This document shows, piece by piece, positions 17,146 through 25,556 of a stretch of 40,000 nucleotides of DNA. The position numbers were made by a program, and so were the translations under genes. Below the pieces are notes generated by a model. It worked only from the letters and a program-made list of their open reading frames with translations, had not been told where the DNA came from and did not search any database. The stretch spans positions 56,344 through 96,343 of the forward strand of contig NZ_ASJB01000062.1 in NCBI RefSeq assembly GCF_000478275.1. Direction: 5' to 3'. Within the stretch, counting starts at the first letter, position 1, and the number at the start of each line of letters is the position of its first letter. The DNA is from Amycolatopsis orientalis DSM 40040 = KCTC 9412. Lineage in GTDB: Bacteria; Actinomycetota; Actinomycetes; Mycobacteriales; Pseudonocardiaceae.

Positions 17146-17763
17146 CGCGCGTTCTCCGGCCGGTTCGAGGCCGAGCGCGAGGTGCAGCTGACGCGCCCAC
17201 CAGTGGATCTGGGCGGCCGGATCGTCCGCCGCCTCGCCCGTGAACCCGGCGCTGCGCCGGAAGTCGCTTCCGTACAGAGCCTCCATCGCCATCGCCTGGT
17301 GCAGGGCCGCGACCGCGAGCCGGGTGTCGTCGATCGGGCTGCCGGGTGGCCGGAGTCCGTGGAGGGCGTCGACGAGCGGGGCGAGCATGCCGCTGCCCGG
17401 GTCGCGCCAGCCCGCCGCGTGCAACGCCACCGCCAGCTCGCCGAAGCCGCCTTGGTACAGGGAGTGCAGCGCCTCGACGAGTTCGAGCAGGTCGGCGTCG
17501 TGGTCCAGCCAGCCGGCGAGGAGTTCGCGGAGCGCGTCCCGAAGACGACGGCCCCCGTGCCGGAGGAGTTCGGCGAGCAGCTTCTCGCGATTGCCGAAGT
17601 GGTGCGCGACGCCGGCGTCGGTCATGCCGACCCGCGCGGCCACCGCGCGCATCTGGACGGCGGCCACCCCGGATTCGGCGAGCAGCGAAGCCGCGGCGTC
17701 GAGGATCTGACGGCGAGCCTCCTCGGGCGTCCGCCGTGCTCGGGGTGTCGTCACGATCGGCAT
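17131..17763 (-). CDS. TetR family transcriptional regulator
   Basis: ORF 17131..18147 trimmed to the ATG at 17763 (MPIVTTPRARRTPEEARRQILDAAASLLAESGVAAVQMRAVAARVGMTDAGVAHHFGNREKLL). The upstream part of the ORF is low-complexity. Confidence 0.85.
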   Translation of the reverse strand: MPIVTTPRARRTPEEARRQILDAAASLLAESGVAAVQMRAVAARVGMTDAGVAHHFGNREKLLAELLRHGGRRLRDALRELLAGWLDHDADLLELVEALHSLYQGGFGELAVALHAAGWRDPGSGMLAPLVDALHGLRPPGSPIDDTRLAVAALHQAMAMEALYGSDFRRSAGFTGEAADDPAAQIHWWARQLHLALGLEPAGERAERRP

Positions 17764-17764
17764 C

Positions 17765-17813
17765 CTACCTTGAGGCGCCAAGGTGCCTGCGCTACCTTGA
17801 CATCTCAAGGTAG
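17765..17813. promoter_or_regulatory. candidate TetR operators in the divergent intergenic region
   Basis: CTACCTTGA occurs twice (17765-17773 and 17792-17800). Each copy is part of a palindrome: ACCTTG-AGGCGC-CAAGGT (17767-17784) and CTACCTTGA-CATC-TCAAGGTAG (17792-17813). Confidence 0.5.
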
Positions 17814-17833
17814 TGGCGACGGAAGGGTTCCCC

Positions 17834-18547
17834 ATGACTCGATCAGCGACGGCCGAAGTCAGTCTCGACCTGGGCGAAGTCACCCTGCGGGGCACGGTGA
17901 CCGGCGCCGGCCCGACGATCCTGCTGCTCCACGCGGGCGGGGAACGCCGCGACGTCTGGGTGCCGGTCGCCGCGGTGCTGGCCCGGCACGGGCTCCGGAC
18001 GGTGGCCTTCGACCTGCGCGGCCACGGCGAAAGCTCCGGCCGGGCGACCACCCTCCGCGTCCTCGCCGATGACGTCGTCGCGATGATCGGCCGCGAACCG
18101 GCGCCGATCGTCCTCGTGGGCGCCTCGATCGGCGGACTGGCCGCCATCGCCGCCCTCGCGGATCCGGCCGTCGCGGCACGCGTGGCCGGTGTCGTGCTCG
18201 TCGACGTCGTCCCGGACCCCGCTCCGGCCCGGGCGCGCTCGTGGCTCGACTTCCATGGCCTCGGCGACCGCTACACCCATCTCGTGGAGGACGTCCTCGG
18301 TTCGGGGCCGGCCCTGCTCGCGACGGCCGGGGCGCTGGACCTGCCGATCCTGGTCGTGCACGCCGGGCGGGATTCGCCGCTCAGCGACTCCGACGTGCGC
18401 CGCCTGCGCGCGGCCAACCGCCGGGTCACCGTCGCCCACATCCCGGCCGCCGGGCATCTCGTGGCCAGGGACGCGCCGGAGGAACTCGCGAAGCTGGTGC
18501 TGGAGCACGCGGCGTTGTGGCAGGGTCACACTGGGTCGCGCAGCTAG
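17834..18547 (+). CDS. alpha/beta hydrolase fold protein
   Basis: PTILLLHAGGERRDVW (oxyanion region), nucleophile elbow VGASIGG, C-terminal AGHLVARDAPEEL. ATG 17834 with GGAAGGG RBS is preferred over GTG 17813. Confidence 0.8.
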   Translation: MTRSATAEVSLDLGEVTLRGTVTGAGPTILLLHAGGERRDVWVPVAAVLARHGLRTVAFDLRGHGESSGRATTLRVLADDVVAMIGREPAPIVLVGASIGGLAAIAALADPAVAARVAGVVLVDVVPDPAPARARSWLDFHGLGDRYTHLVEDVLGSGPALLATAGALDLPILVVHAGRDSPLSDSDVRRLRAANRRVTVAHIPAAGHLVARDAPEELAKLVLEHAALWQGHTGSRS

Positions 18548-18856
18548 GTCGGCGCTTGAGGTACGTGTGACCTGAGGCACGAGCCTCGCGGGACCCCGAT
18601 CGTGACCGCCAGTGACACATCATGGCCGCCCGTGATCGACAACGCCGATGACCAGGCGTGTGACCACCGGGTTGTCGCCGCCCCGAGTTCGTCACTCTAC
18701 CGGTCGGTAACCTACCGTTGGCCTATTGAGAACCACGTAAGGGCCGGGATCGGCGCGCTGCTTACACTGCTGGGCATGACCTACAGCGAACCAGCACCGG
18801 CCGCGGACAGCCGCACGCGTTCGCTGGCGTCCGCGTCCTCCTCGGCCGTCCTGGCA

Positions 18857-19816
18857 ATGGGGATCACGATTTACGGATGCGGACAGGACGAGGCCGCCTT
18901 GTTCCGGGAGATGGCACCCCGTTTCGGTGTGCTGCCCACCATCGTGGACGCGCCGGTATCCGAGGCCAATATCGATCTGGTGGCCGGAAACCGGTGCATC
19001 AGTGTGGGTCACAAGAATCGAATCACGAACTCCACGCTTCGCGCGCTCAGCGAGGCGGGCGTGGTGTATGTCTCCACGAGGAGCATCGGGTTCAACCATA
19101 TCGACGTGGACTACGCCGCGAGCGTCGGTATCACCGTCGGAAACGTCTCCTATTCGCCGGACAGTGTCGCCGACTTCACGTTGATGCTGATGCTGATGGC
19201 GATCCGGAACGCGAAATCCATCATCCGCAGGGCGGATGTGCACGACTACCGGCTGCAGGACGTACGCGGGAAAGAACTGCGCGATCTGACGGTCGGCGTG
19301 ATCGGCACCGGGCGCATCGGCGTCGCTGTCCTCCAACGACTTCGAGGCTTCGGCTGCGAGGTGCTGGCCTACGACAAGTACCCCCAGGCCGACGCCGATT
19401 ACGTTGCCCTCGACGAATTGCTGCGGCGGAGCGACATCGTCACGCTCCATGCCCCACTCGACGCGGATACCCACCATCTCCTCGATCGTCACAAGATCGA
19501 GGAGATGAAGCACGGCGCGTTCGTCATCAACACGGGACGCGGTGCGCTGATCGAAACCGAGGCCCTCATCGCGGCCTTGGACAGCGGCAAACTGGGCGGT
19601 GCGGCGCTCGATGTCGTCGAAGGAGAGGAAGGGATTTTCTACGCCGACTGCAGCGACAAGGCCATCGACAGCAAGCCGTTGCTGCGGTTGCAGGAGCTGC
19701 CGAACGTGCTCATCAGTCCGCATACCGCCTATTACACGGATCACGCACTGAGTGACACCGTTGAAAACTCTATCGTCAATTGCCTGAAATTTGAAAGCGG
19801 GAAACAGCATGGGTAG
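18857..19816 (+). CDS. vanH: D-lactate dehydrogenase VanH (D-isomer-specific 2-hydroxyacid dehydrogenase)
   Basis: Collinear by eye with enterococcal VanH from MGITIYGCGQDEA to the C-terminus (SVGHKN, STRSIGFNHID, GTGRIGVAV, PHTAYYT). Track ORF 18602 is over-extended at the 5' end. No clear RBS at 18857, so the start is tentative. Confidence 0.9.
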   Translation: MGITIYGCGQDEAALFREMAPRFGVLPTIVDAPVSEANIDLVAGNRCISVGHKNRITNSTLRALSEAGVVYVSTRSIGFNHIDVDYAASVGITVGNVSYSPDSVADFTLMLMLMAIRNAKSIIRRADVHDYRLQDVRGKELRDLTVGVIGTGRIGVAVLQRLRGFGCEVLAYDKYPQADADYVALDELLRRSDIVTLHAPLDADTHHLLDRHKIEEMKHGAFVINTGRGALIETEALIAALDSGKLGGAALDVVEGEEGIFYADCSDKAIDSKPLLRLQELPNVLISPHTAYYTDHALSDTVENSIVNCLKFESGKQHG

Positions 19817-20849
19817 GTTGAAACTCGGCATCATCTTCGGGGGAACTGGCGAAGAGCACCCTATCTCCGTCAAATCCGCGCGTGAGGTGGCGAACAGCCT
19901 CGACATCGAAAAGTACGAGCCGTACTACATCGGTATCACCCTGAACGGCGAATGGAAGCTCTGCGACGGCCCGAGCGCGGACTGGGAGTCCGGCAACTGC
20001 CGCCCCGTCATCGTGTCGCCGGACCGGAGCGCGCACGGCCTGCTGGTCCTCGACGAGGGCAAGTACGAAACGATCGCCCTCGACGTGGTGCTGCCGGTCC
20101 TGCACGGCAAGTTCGGCGAAGACGGCGCGATGCAGGGCCTGCTGGAACTCTCCGGCATCCCCTACGTGGGCTGCGACGTCCAGAGCTCCGCCCTGTGCAT
20201 GGACAAGTCCCTCACCTACACCGTCGTCCGGAGCGCGGGCATCGCCACGCCGAACTTCTGGATCGTCACCGCGGACAACGACGTCGATCCCGACGAGCTC
20301 ACCTACCCCGTCTTCGTGAAGCCGGCCCGTTCCGGTTCGTCCTTCGGTGTCAGCAAGGTGACCAGCAAGGAAGAACTGGCGGCGGCACTGGAAACCGCGC
20401 GCGAGTTCGACTCGAAGGTGCTGATCGAAGAAACCGTCATCGGCAGTGAGATCGGCTGCTCCATCCTGGGCAACGACGGGGATCTGCTGGCCGGCGAGGT
20501 GGACCGCGTCGCGCTGACCCACGGCTTCTTCAAGATCCACCAGGAAGAGAGCCCTGAGACCGGCTCCGAGAACTCGACGTTCATCGTGCCCGCCGACATC
20601 CCGGCGGAGTCGCGCACGCTCGTCCAGGAGACGGCGAAGGTCATCTACCGCACCCTGGGCTGCCGGGGCCTCGCGCGCGTGGACCTCTTCCTCAAGGAAG
20701 ACGGCAGCGTCGTGCTCAACGAGGTCAACACCCTGCCCGGCCTGACCTCGTACAGCCGTTACCCGCGGATGATGGCCGCCGCCGGTATCCCGCTCGGCGA
20801 CTTGATCGACCGGCTGGTGACGTTGACCTTGGCGGGCCGTAACGGATGA
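19809..20849 (+). CDS. vanA: D-alanine--D-lactate ligase VanA
   Basis: MGRLKLGIIFGG..EEHPISVKSA...YIGIT...HGKFGEDGAMQGLLELSGIPYVGCDVQSSALCMDKSLTY...YPVFVKPARSGSSFGV...NEVNTLPGLTSYSRYPRMMAAAGI is collinear with VanA. It overlaps the vanH stop by 8 nt. Confidence 0.93.
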   Translation: MGRLKLGIIFGGTGEEHPISVKSAREVANSLDIEKYEPYYIGITLNGEWKLCDGPSADWESGNCRPVIVSPDRSAHGLLVLDEGKYETIALDVVLPVLHGKFGEDGAMQGLLELSGIPYVGCDVQSSALCMDKSLTYTVVRSAGIATPNFWIVTADNDVDPDELTYPVFVKPARSGSSFGVSKVTSKEELAAALETAREFDSKVLIEETVIGSEIGCSILGNDGDLLAGEVDRVALTHGFFKIHQEESPETGSENSTFIVPADIPAESRTLVQETAKVIYRTLGCRGLARVDLFLKEDGSVVLNEVNTLPGLTSYSRYPRMMAAAGIPLGDLIDRLVTLTLAGRNG

Positions 20850-21454
20850 AGGATGATTTCGTCTACGTAGACGAGGTCGTGCCCGGAATCCGCTGGGACG
20901 CCAAGTACGCCACCTGGGACAACTTCACCGGCAAGCCGGTGGACGGGTACCTCGTGAATCGGATCGTCGGCACCAAGGCGCTGTGCGCGGCCCTGGAAAA
21001 GGCGAGGGACAAGGCCGAGTCTCTCGGCTTCGGCCTGCTCCTCTGGGACGGTTACCGTCCTCAGCGTGCCGTGAACCGCTTCATGAGCTGGGCGGAAGAG
21101 CCCGAGGACGGCCGGAAGAAGTCCCGGCACTACCCGAACATCGACCGGCCCCAGATGTTCGAAAAGGGCTACGTGGCGACGAAGTCGGGGCACAGCCGGG
21201 GAAGCACGGTGGACCTGACGATCTACCACCTGGCCACCGGCGAACTCGCCCCGATGGGCGGCGACCACGACCTGATGGACGTCGTCTCGCATCATGGCGC
21301 CGAGGGGGTCACGCCGGAAGAGGCGAAGAACCGCCTGCACCTCCGCGCCATCATGGAGGACTGCGGCTTCAACTCGTACGAGTACGAGTGGTGGCACTAC
21401 AACCTGAAGGACGAGCCTTACCCGGACACCTACTTCGACTTCCCGATCGAATAG
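20846..21454 (+). CDS. vanX: D-Ala-D-Ala dipeptidase VanX
   Basis: 202 aa. ATGA overlap with vanA. Motifs LLLWDGYRPQRAV, SGHSRGSTVDLT and EWWHY. Confidence 0.93.
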   Translation: MKDDFVYVDEVVPGIRWDAKYATWDNFTGKPVDGYLVNRIVGTKALCAALEKARDKAESLGFGLLLWDGYRPQRAVNRFMSWAEEPEDGRKKSRHYPNIDRPQMFEKGYVATKSGHSRGSTVDLTIYHLATGELAPMGGDHDLMDVVSHHGAEGVTPEEAKNRLHLRAIMEDCGFNSYEYEWWHYNLKDEPYPDTYFDFPIE

Positions 21455-21476
21455 GCGGTCGGTCCGGAGCAGAGGG

Positions 21477-21553
21477 CTGAAGGGCGCTTTCCCCGCATGC
21501 GATGCGGGGAAAGCGCCCTTCGTCGCGTGAGATGCGGGGAAGGGCCCCTTCAG
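21477..21553. repeat. 77-bp structured repeat (one left arm, two right arms), copy 2, between vanX and vanY
   Basis: L CTGAAGGGCGCTTTCCCCGCAT (21477-21498), GCG, R1 ATGCGGGGAAAGCGCCCTTC (21502-21521, a perfect 20-bp complement of L), linker GTCGCGTGAG, R2 ATGCGGGGAAGGGCCCCTTCAG (21532-21553). Confidence 0.9.
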
Positions 21554-21608
21554 TCCAAGCCTCACCGCGGTCTGCGAGGGGGGCCGCGGGCGGTGTTGAC
21601 TGGAGGGC

Positions 21609-22172
21609 ATGATCAGCAGCGAACGAGTACGGACCACGGCCCGCCGGATTCCCGGGCTCCTCGTCTCGGTGATCCGCCGGGTCCGGAGCACCCTCGCGGC
21701 CGGGCGGCGTGGCGCGCTCGGCAAGGAGCACGGAGCCGTCCCCCGCGGCACGACCGTCTTCGACGACAGGGTGCCCGGCGTGGCCAACCTCGACCCGGCC
21801 CTCCTCGCCGCTCTGCGCAAGGCCGCGAAGGACGCCGCGGACGACGGTGTCGAGCTGTTCGTCAACAGCGGCTGGCGCTCACCGGAGTATCAGACCAAGC
21901 TTCGCCGCGACGCGGTCTCGAAGTACGGATCCGAAGAGGAAGCCGCCCGGTGGGTCGCCACGCCGGAGCGGTCCATTCACGTGGCGGGCCGCGCGGCGGA
22001 CATCGGGCCGCCCGCTTCCGCGGCGTGGCTGTCCCAGCACGGCGCCCGGTACGGATTGTGCCGGATCTACCGCAACGAACCCTGGCACTACGAACTGCGC
22101 CCCGAGGCGATCGAGCACGGCTGCCCGCCCATGTACCCCGACCCCAGTCACGACCCGAGGTTGCGCGACTGA
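21609..22172 (+). CDS. vanY: VanY-type D,D-carboxypeptidase (peptidase M15B)
   Basis: GGAGGG RBS. Motifs SGWRSPEYQ, SIHVAGRAAD (SxHxxGxAxD) and EPWHYE. Confidence 0.88.
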   Translation: MISSERVRTTARRIPGLLVSVIRRVRSTLAAGRRGALGKEHGAVPRGTTVFDDRVPGVANLDPALLAALRKAAKDAADDGVELFVNSGWRSPEYQTKLRRDAVSKYGSEEEAARWVATPERSIHVAGRAADIGPPASAAWLSQHGARYGLCRIYRNEPWHYELRPEAIEHGCPPMYPDPSHDPRLRD

Positions 22173-23354
22173 TCCGAATGGGTGGGCGGGTGAATCCCGT
22201 TGGAAGATTACCCACCACGCACCGCGACATCGGACGGCGGCCCATCTCGGACCGCTATTCCGGAATCCGGGCTGGGTCCGGGGGACGTCCGGCGGAAAAG
22301 GCCACGTCATCGTCGCAGGACGGCCGGTCGCGGCACCGGACAGGGCATCCCGAATGTCGGATCGACAAACTCGGGTAAACCACACCGACGGGACGCTTGT
22401 TGTCAATCCCGGAGACACCTCGGCGCCATTCGTCACCAATAACGCGCCCTGATGTCCGCGTTTTCACTCACGCAGAGTGCCCATTCTCGCCGGACCGAAC
22501 CACCTTTCACGGCACTGCCGCTCGATCAGCCTGTGCCCGCCCCGTGTCGGAAGGGGTGGGCACGCCGGCATCCTGCCGACCATGGCGTCGCGGATGCCTC
22601 AACACCCTGTCCAGCATGGCATCGACCGCTTTGCTCATGGGGTTCGACGGCTCACGGGGTCCCCGGCCGTCCGGTGTCGTCACCTGGGGATTTCGTGTTT
22701 CCGGAACTCGATCGGCGTAAGGGACCGAGGAATGGAACGTCGATTCGACCATTCGTGTGAATAATTGTCGATGGACGGAACGTGGCCGCCAGGTGCCATG
22801 ATCATCCCGCCCGGAAAAGCAAGCCCTGCGAACGGACCAATCTTCCCTGCGAACAGCCTAGCCGGGCGCCTCAGGGTTGCGCGGGTATCACGCGGGGGCG
22901 TTGTACTAAAAGGGTGGGGAACGAGTCAATAGCCAAGAGAAAAGTTCCGGAAAGTGATCTTGTAAGCCGACCTGGCTGCGGAAATCACACTGTTTGTCAA
23001 TTGCCGACAACGATTGATCATGTCATGCTGCCATGGTGAGCACTCACTGGGGCTGTGCGCACTAACTGGGGCTGAGGGGGTGCGACGGTGACTCGCGATC
23101 ATGAGGAAATCGTGGACTTTCCACGGTGAGACCACTGATTCGAGCGCGAGGCCGGGTTCATCCCGCGATCTTGTCCAGTAGTGCGCGTTGGCTTCGTCCA
23201 ACAGAACGTAAGACGGCTTGCCCGGTCGAGGCAGTCGAGTAGAACTGAAGGTAGCCCGTGTGCATGCGGGGCTGCCGACGCTTTTCGAGGGGGATCCTCA
23301 ACGTCGAGGACACCCCGCCGCGCAGCCGAGTCCGGCGCCGGACGGGATCTTGGT

Positions 23355-23383
23355 GTCCAACCATCGAGGCTGAGCACTTGGAC
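23355..23383. promoter_or_regulatory. StrR/Bbr-type box GTCCAA-N17-TTGGAC upstream of the StrR-like gene
   Basis: Perfect inverted repeat GTCCAA (23355-23360), 17 nt, TTGGAC (23378-23383). TATAAA (-10-like) lies at 23419-23424, which puts the box centre near -62 of the inferred start site. Confidence 0.6.
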
Positions 23384-23442
23384 TGCGCGGTTTTCCATGC
23401 CATACCGCGAAGTTGCCGTATAAAAGATTCAATGGGGGCTAG

Positions 23443-24408
23443 GTGGATCCGACGAGAGTTGACCTATCCGCTCTCCCGATCGTCGAGATCGAGCTGTCCA
23501 GGCTGTCCTCCGTACGTTCGCCGCGAACCTCGGGCGAGGATCCGGAGCACGTCGAGGCGCTGTTGTCGGCCGAGTGGGAGCTTCCGCCTATTCTCGTGCA
23601 CCGTCCAACGATGCAGGTGGTCGATGGTCTGCACCGGTTGAAGGCGGCGCGCGTCAGGGGCGACACGAAAATCCGCGCCAAGTTCGTCGACGGCACCGAA
23701 TCCGATGCCTTCGTCCTGGCCGTGGAAGCGAACATCCGGCACGGCCTGCCGCTTTCGCTCGCCGATCGCAAACGGGCGGCCGTCCAGATCATCGGGACGC
23801 ATCCGCAGTGGTCCGATCGGCGGGTGGCCTCGGCGACCGGTATCTCCGCCGGCACGGTGGCGGATCTGCGCAAACGTGGTGGTGAAGGCGGGAACGAGGC
23901 CAGGATCGGGCGGGACGGGCGGATCCGGCCCGTCGACAGCACGGAGAGACGAAGACTCGCCGCCGACCTGATCCGCAACGATCCCGGCCTTTCGCTCCGG
24001 CAGGTCGCCAAGCAGGTCGGCATCTCGCCGGAGACGGTCCGGGACGTGCGAGGACGGCTGGAACGCGGGGAGAGCCCGACCCCGGACGGGAGCAGGAGGT
24101 TGCGGACCAAGACACATCCGCTGAGCCTGACGGAGTCCGAACTGGGCCATGCGCTGGATCGCGAGCGGGTCGCCGTGCTGGAGCGGCTCAAGGCCGATCC
24201 CACTCTGCGGCTGAGCGAGGTCGGCCGGATCCTGCTGCGGATGCTCGCCATGCACTCCATCGACGGACAGGAGTGGGAGAGGATCCTGCGCGGGGTCCCG
24301 CCGCACCTGTACGGCGTGGTCGCCGGCTTCGCCAGGGATCATGCCCGGGTCTGGGCGGGTTTCGCGGATCATCTGGAGAACCGGGCGACCGATCTGGCCG
24401 CCGGCTGA
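23443..24408 (+). CDS. bbr: StrR-family pathway-specific regulator (ParB-like N-domain + HTH), Bbr/Dbv4/Tei15*-like
   Basis: GTG start after GGGGG. MDPTRVDLSALPIVEIELSRL...SPRTSGEDPEHVEALL...PPILVHRPTMQVVDGLHRLKAARVRG is typical of StrR-like regulators of glycopeptide clusters. Confidence 0.9.
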   Translation: MDPTRVDLSALPIVEIELSRLSSVRSPRTSGEDPEHVEALLSAEWELPPILVHRPTMQVVDGLHRLKAARVRGDTKIRAKFVDGTESDAFVLAVEANIRHGLPLSLADRKRAAVQIIGTHPQWSDRRVASATGISAGTVADLRKRGGEGGNEARIGRDGRIRPVDSTERRRLAADLIRNDPGLSLRQVAKQVGISPETVRDVRGRLERGESPTPDGSRRLRTKTHPLSLTESELGHALDRERVAVLERLKADPTLRLSEVGRILLRMLAMHSIDGQEWERILRGVPPHLYGVVAGFARDHARVWAGFADHLENRATDLAAG

Positions 24409-24519
24409 GCGGGTGGCCCGCGGCGGACGTCATGGTCCACAGTGGACATCACGACTCGTTCCGCCGCGGTGCCCAGTCAGTCGCTCGACATCGGCCGGTG
24501 CGCGGCTTAAGAAGTAGAG

Positions 24520-25359
24520 GTGACCATCGAGAAGGTGCTTGTCGTCGGGACCGGGCTGATCGGTACCTCGGTCGCGCTGGCCCTTCGCGAAAAGGACGTG
24601 GCGGTCCACCTCTCCGACGCCGACGCGCGGGCCGCGGCGCTCGCACGGGACCTCGGTGCCGGCCGGGAATGGGCGGGCGAAGAGGTCGACCTGGCCCTGA
24701 TCGCCGTTCCGCCGCACCTGGTGGGGGAGCGGCTGGCCGCGCTGCAGAAGCGAGGGGCCGCTCGGGCTTACACCGACGTGGCCAGCGTCAAGGTCGATCC
24801 GATCGCCGACGCGGAACGGCTCGGCTGCGACCTGACCTCTTACGTGCCCGGCCATCCGCTCGCCGGCCGGGAGAAATCCGGACCGGCGGCGGCCCGCGCC
24901 GATCTGTTCCTCGGCCGTCCCTGGGCACTGTGCCCCGGCACGGAGACGGACGCGGATGCCTTGCGGCTGACCGGGGAACTGGTGTCGTTGTGCGGGGCGA
25001 AGGCCGTCACGGTGGACGCGCGCGAGCACGATGCGGCGGTGGCGCTGGTCTCGCACGCCCCGCATGTGGTGGCGTCGGCGATGGCGGCGAGCCTGACGGG
25101 TGGTGACGACGTCGCACTGGGCCTGGCGGGGCAGGGATTACGGGACGTGACGCGGATCGCGGCCGGGGATCCCTTGCTGTGGCGGATGATCCTCGCGGGG
25201 AACGCCCTGCCGGTCGCGGGAGTGCTCGACCGGATCGCGGGCGATCTCGCGGCGGCGGCCTCGGCGTTGCGGTCCGGCGACCTGGACGAGGTGACGGATC
25301 TGCTGCGGCGCGGCGTCGCGGGACAAGGCCGGATCCCGGCGGGTTCCCCGGGACGCTGA
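24520..25359 (+). CDS. pdh: prephenate dehydrogenase (TyrA family)
   Basis: Rossmann motif VLVVGTGLIGTSVALAL, GHPLAGRE, HDAAVALVSHAPHVVA. GTG start. Confidence 0.9.
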   Translation: MTIEKVLVVGTGLIGTSVALALREKDVAVHLSDADARAAALARDLGAGREWAGEEVDLALIAVPPHLVGERLAALQKRGAARAYTDVASVKVDPIADAERLGCDLTSYVPGHPLAGREKSGPAAARADLFLGRPWALCPGTETDADALRLTGELVSLCGAKAVTVDAREHDAAVALVSHAPHVVASAMAASLTGGDDVALGLAGQGLRDVTRIAAGDPLLWRMILAGNALPVAGVLDRIAGDLAAAASALRSGDLDEVTDLLRRGVAGQGRIPAGSPGR

Positions 25360-25457
25360 GACGGCGAACGCCGCCTTCGTGTTTTCGCTGTACAGCAAGC
25401 GAATTCCGTTCTTGCCGGGAGTCACCGGCGATTCCCCGGAAGTGCGATCCCCGACGC

Positions 25458-25486
25458 GTCCAAGTGTCGAAAATGCTCGCTTGGAC
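25458..25486. promoter_or_regulatory. StrR/Bbr-type box GTCCAA-N17-TTGGAC upstream of the exporter-NRPS operon
   Basis: Perfect GTCCAA (25458-25463), 17 nt, TTGGAC (25481-25486). TGAGAT (-10-like) lies at 25520-25525, which puts the box centre near -60. Confidence 0.6.
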
Positions 25487-25556
25487 CCACTCGTGGACAT
25501 CGACTCGATTAAGCACGATTGAGATCGCCGACTTGGCTTACGAGAGAGGTGACCGG

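Noticed and set aside
18602-18856. 5' extension of the vanH ORF (85 extra residues, MTASDTSWPP...).
   Set aside because: Homology to VanH begins at MGITIYGCGQDEA, and the extension is low-complexity. It is kept as the upstream regulatory region.
23173-23201. GTCCAG-N17-GTCCAA, a possible third StrR-type box.
   Set aside because: The half-sites are in direct rather than inverted orientation, and one deviates from the consensus. It may be chance or a degenerate site.
22397-23201. Small ORFs in the vanY-regulator gap (22397..22720 +, 22507..22752 -, 22782..23039 +, 22926..23201 -).
   Set aside because: They show weak third-position GC bias, have no RBS, contain no recognisable motifs (nothing resembling VanR or VanS) and overlap each other on both strands.
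24435-24447. Palindrome GTCCAC-A-GTGGAC upstream of pdh.
   Set aside because: It shares GTCCA with the StrR-type half-site but has 1-nt rather than 17-nt spacing, so there is not enough to call it a binding site.
25179-25556. 5' extension of the ABC exporter ORF overlapping the end of pdh.
   Set aside because: The extension is Arg/Gly/Pro-rich, overlaps pdh out of frame and contains the StrR-type box. The ATG at 25557 has a strong [11 protein letters not shown].
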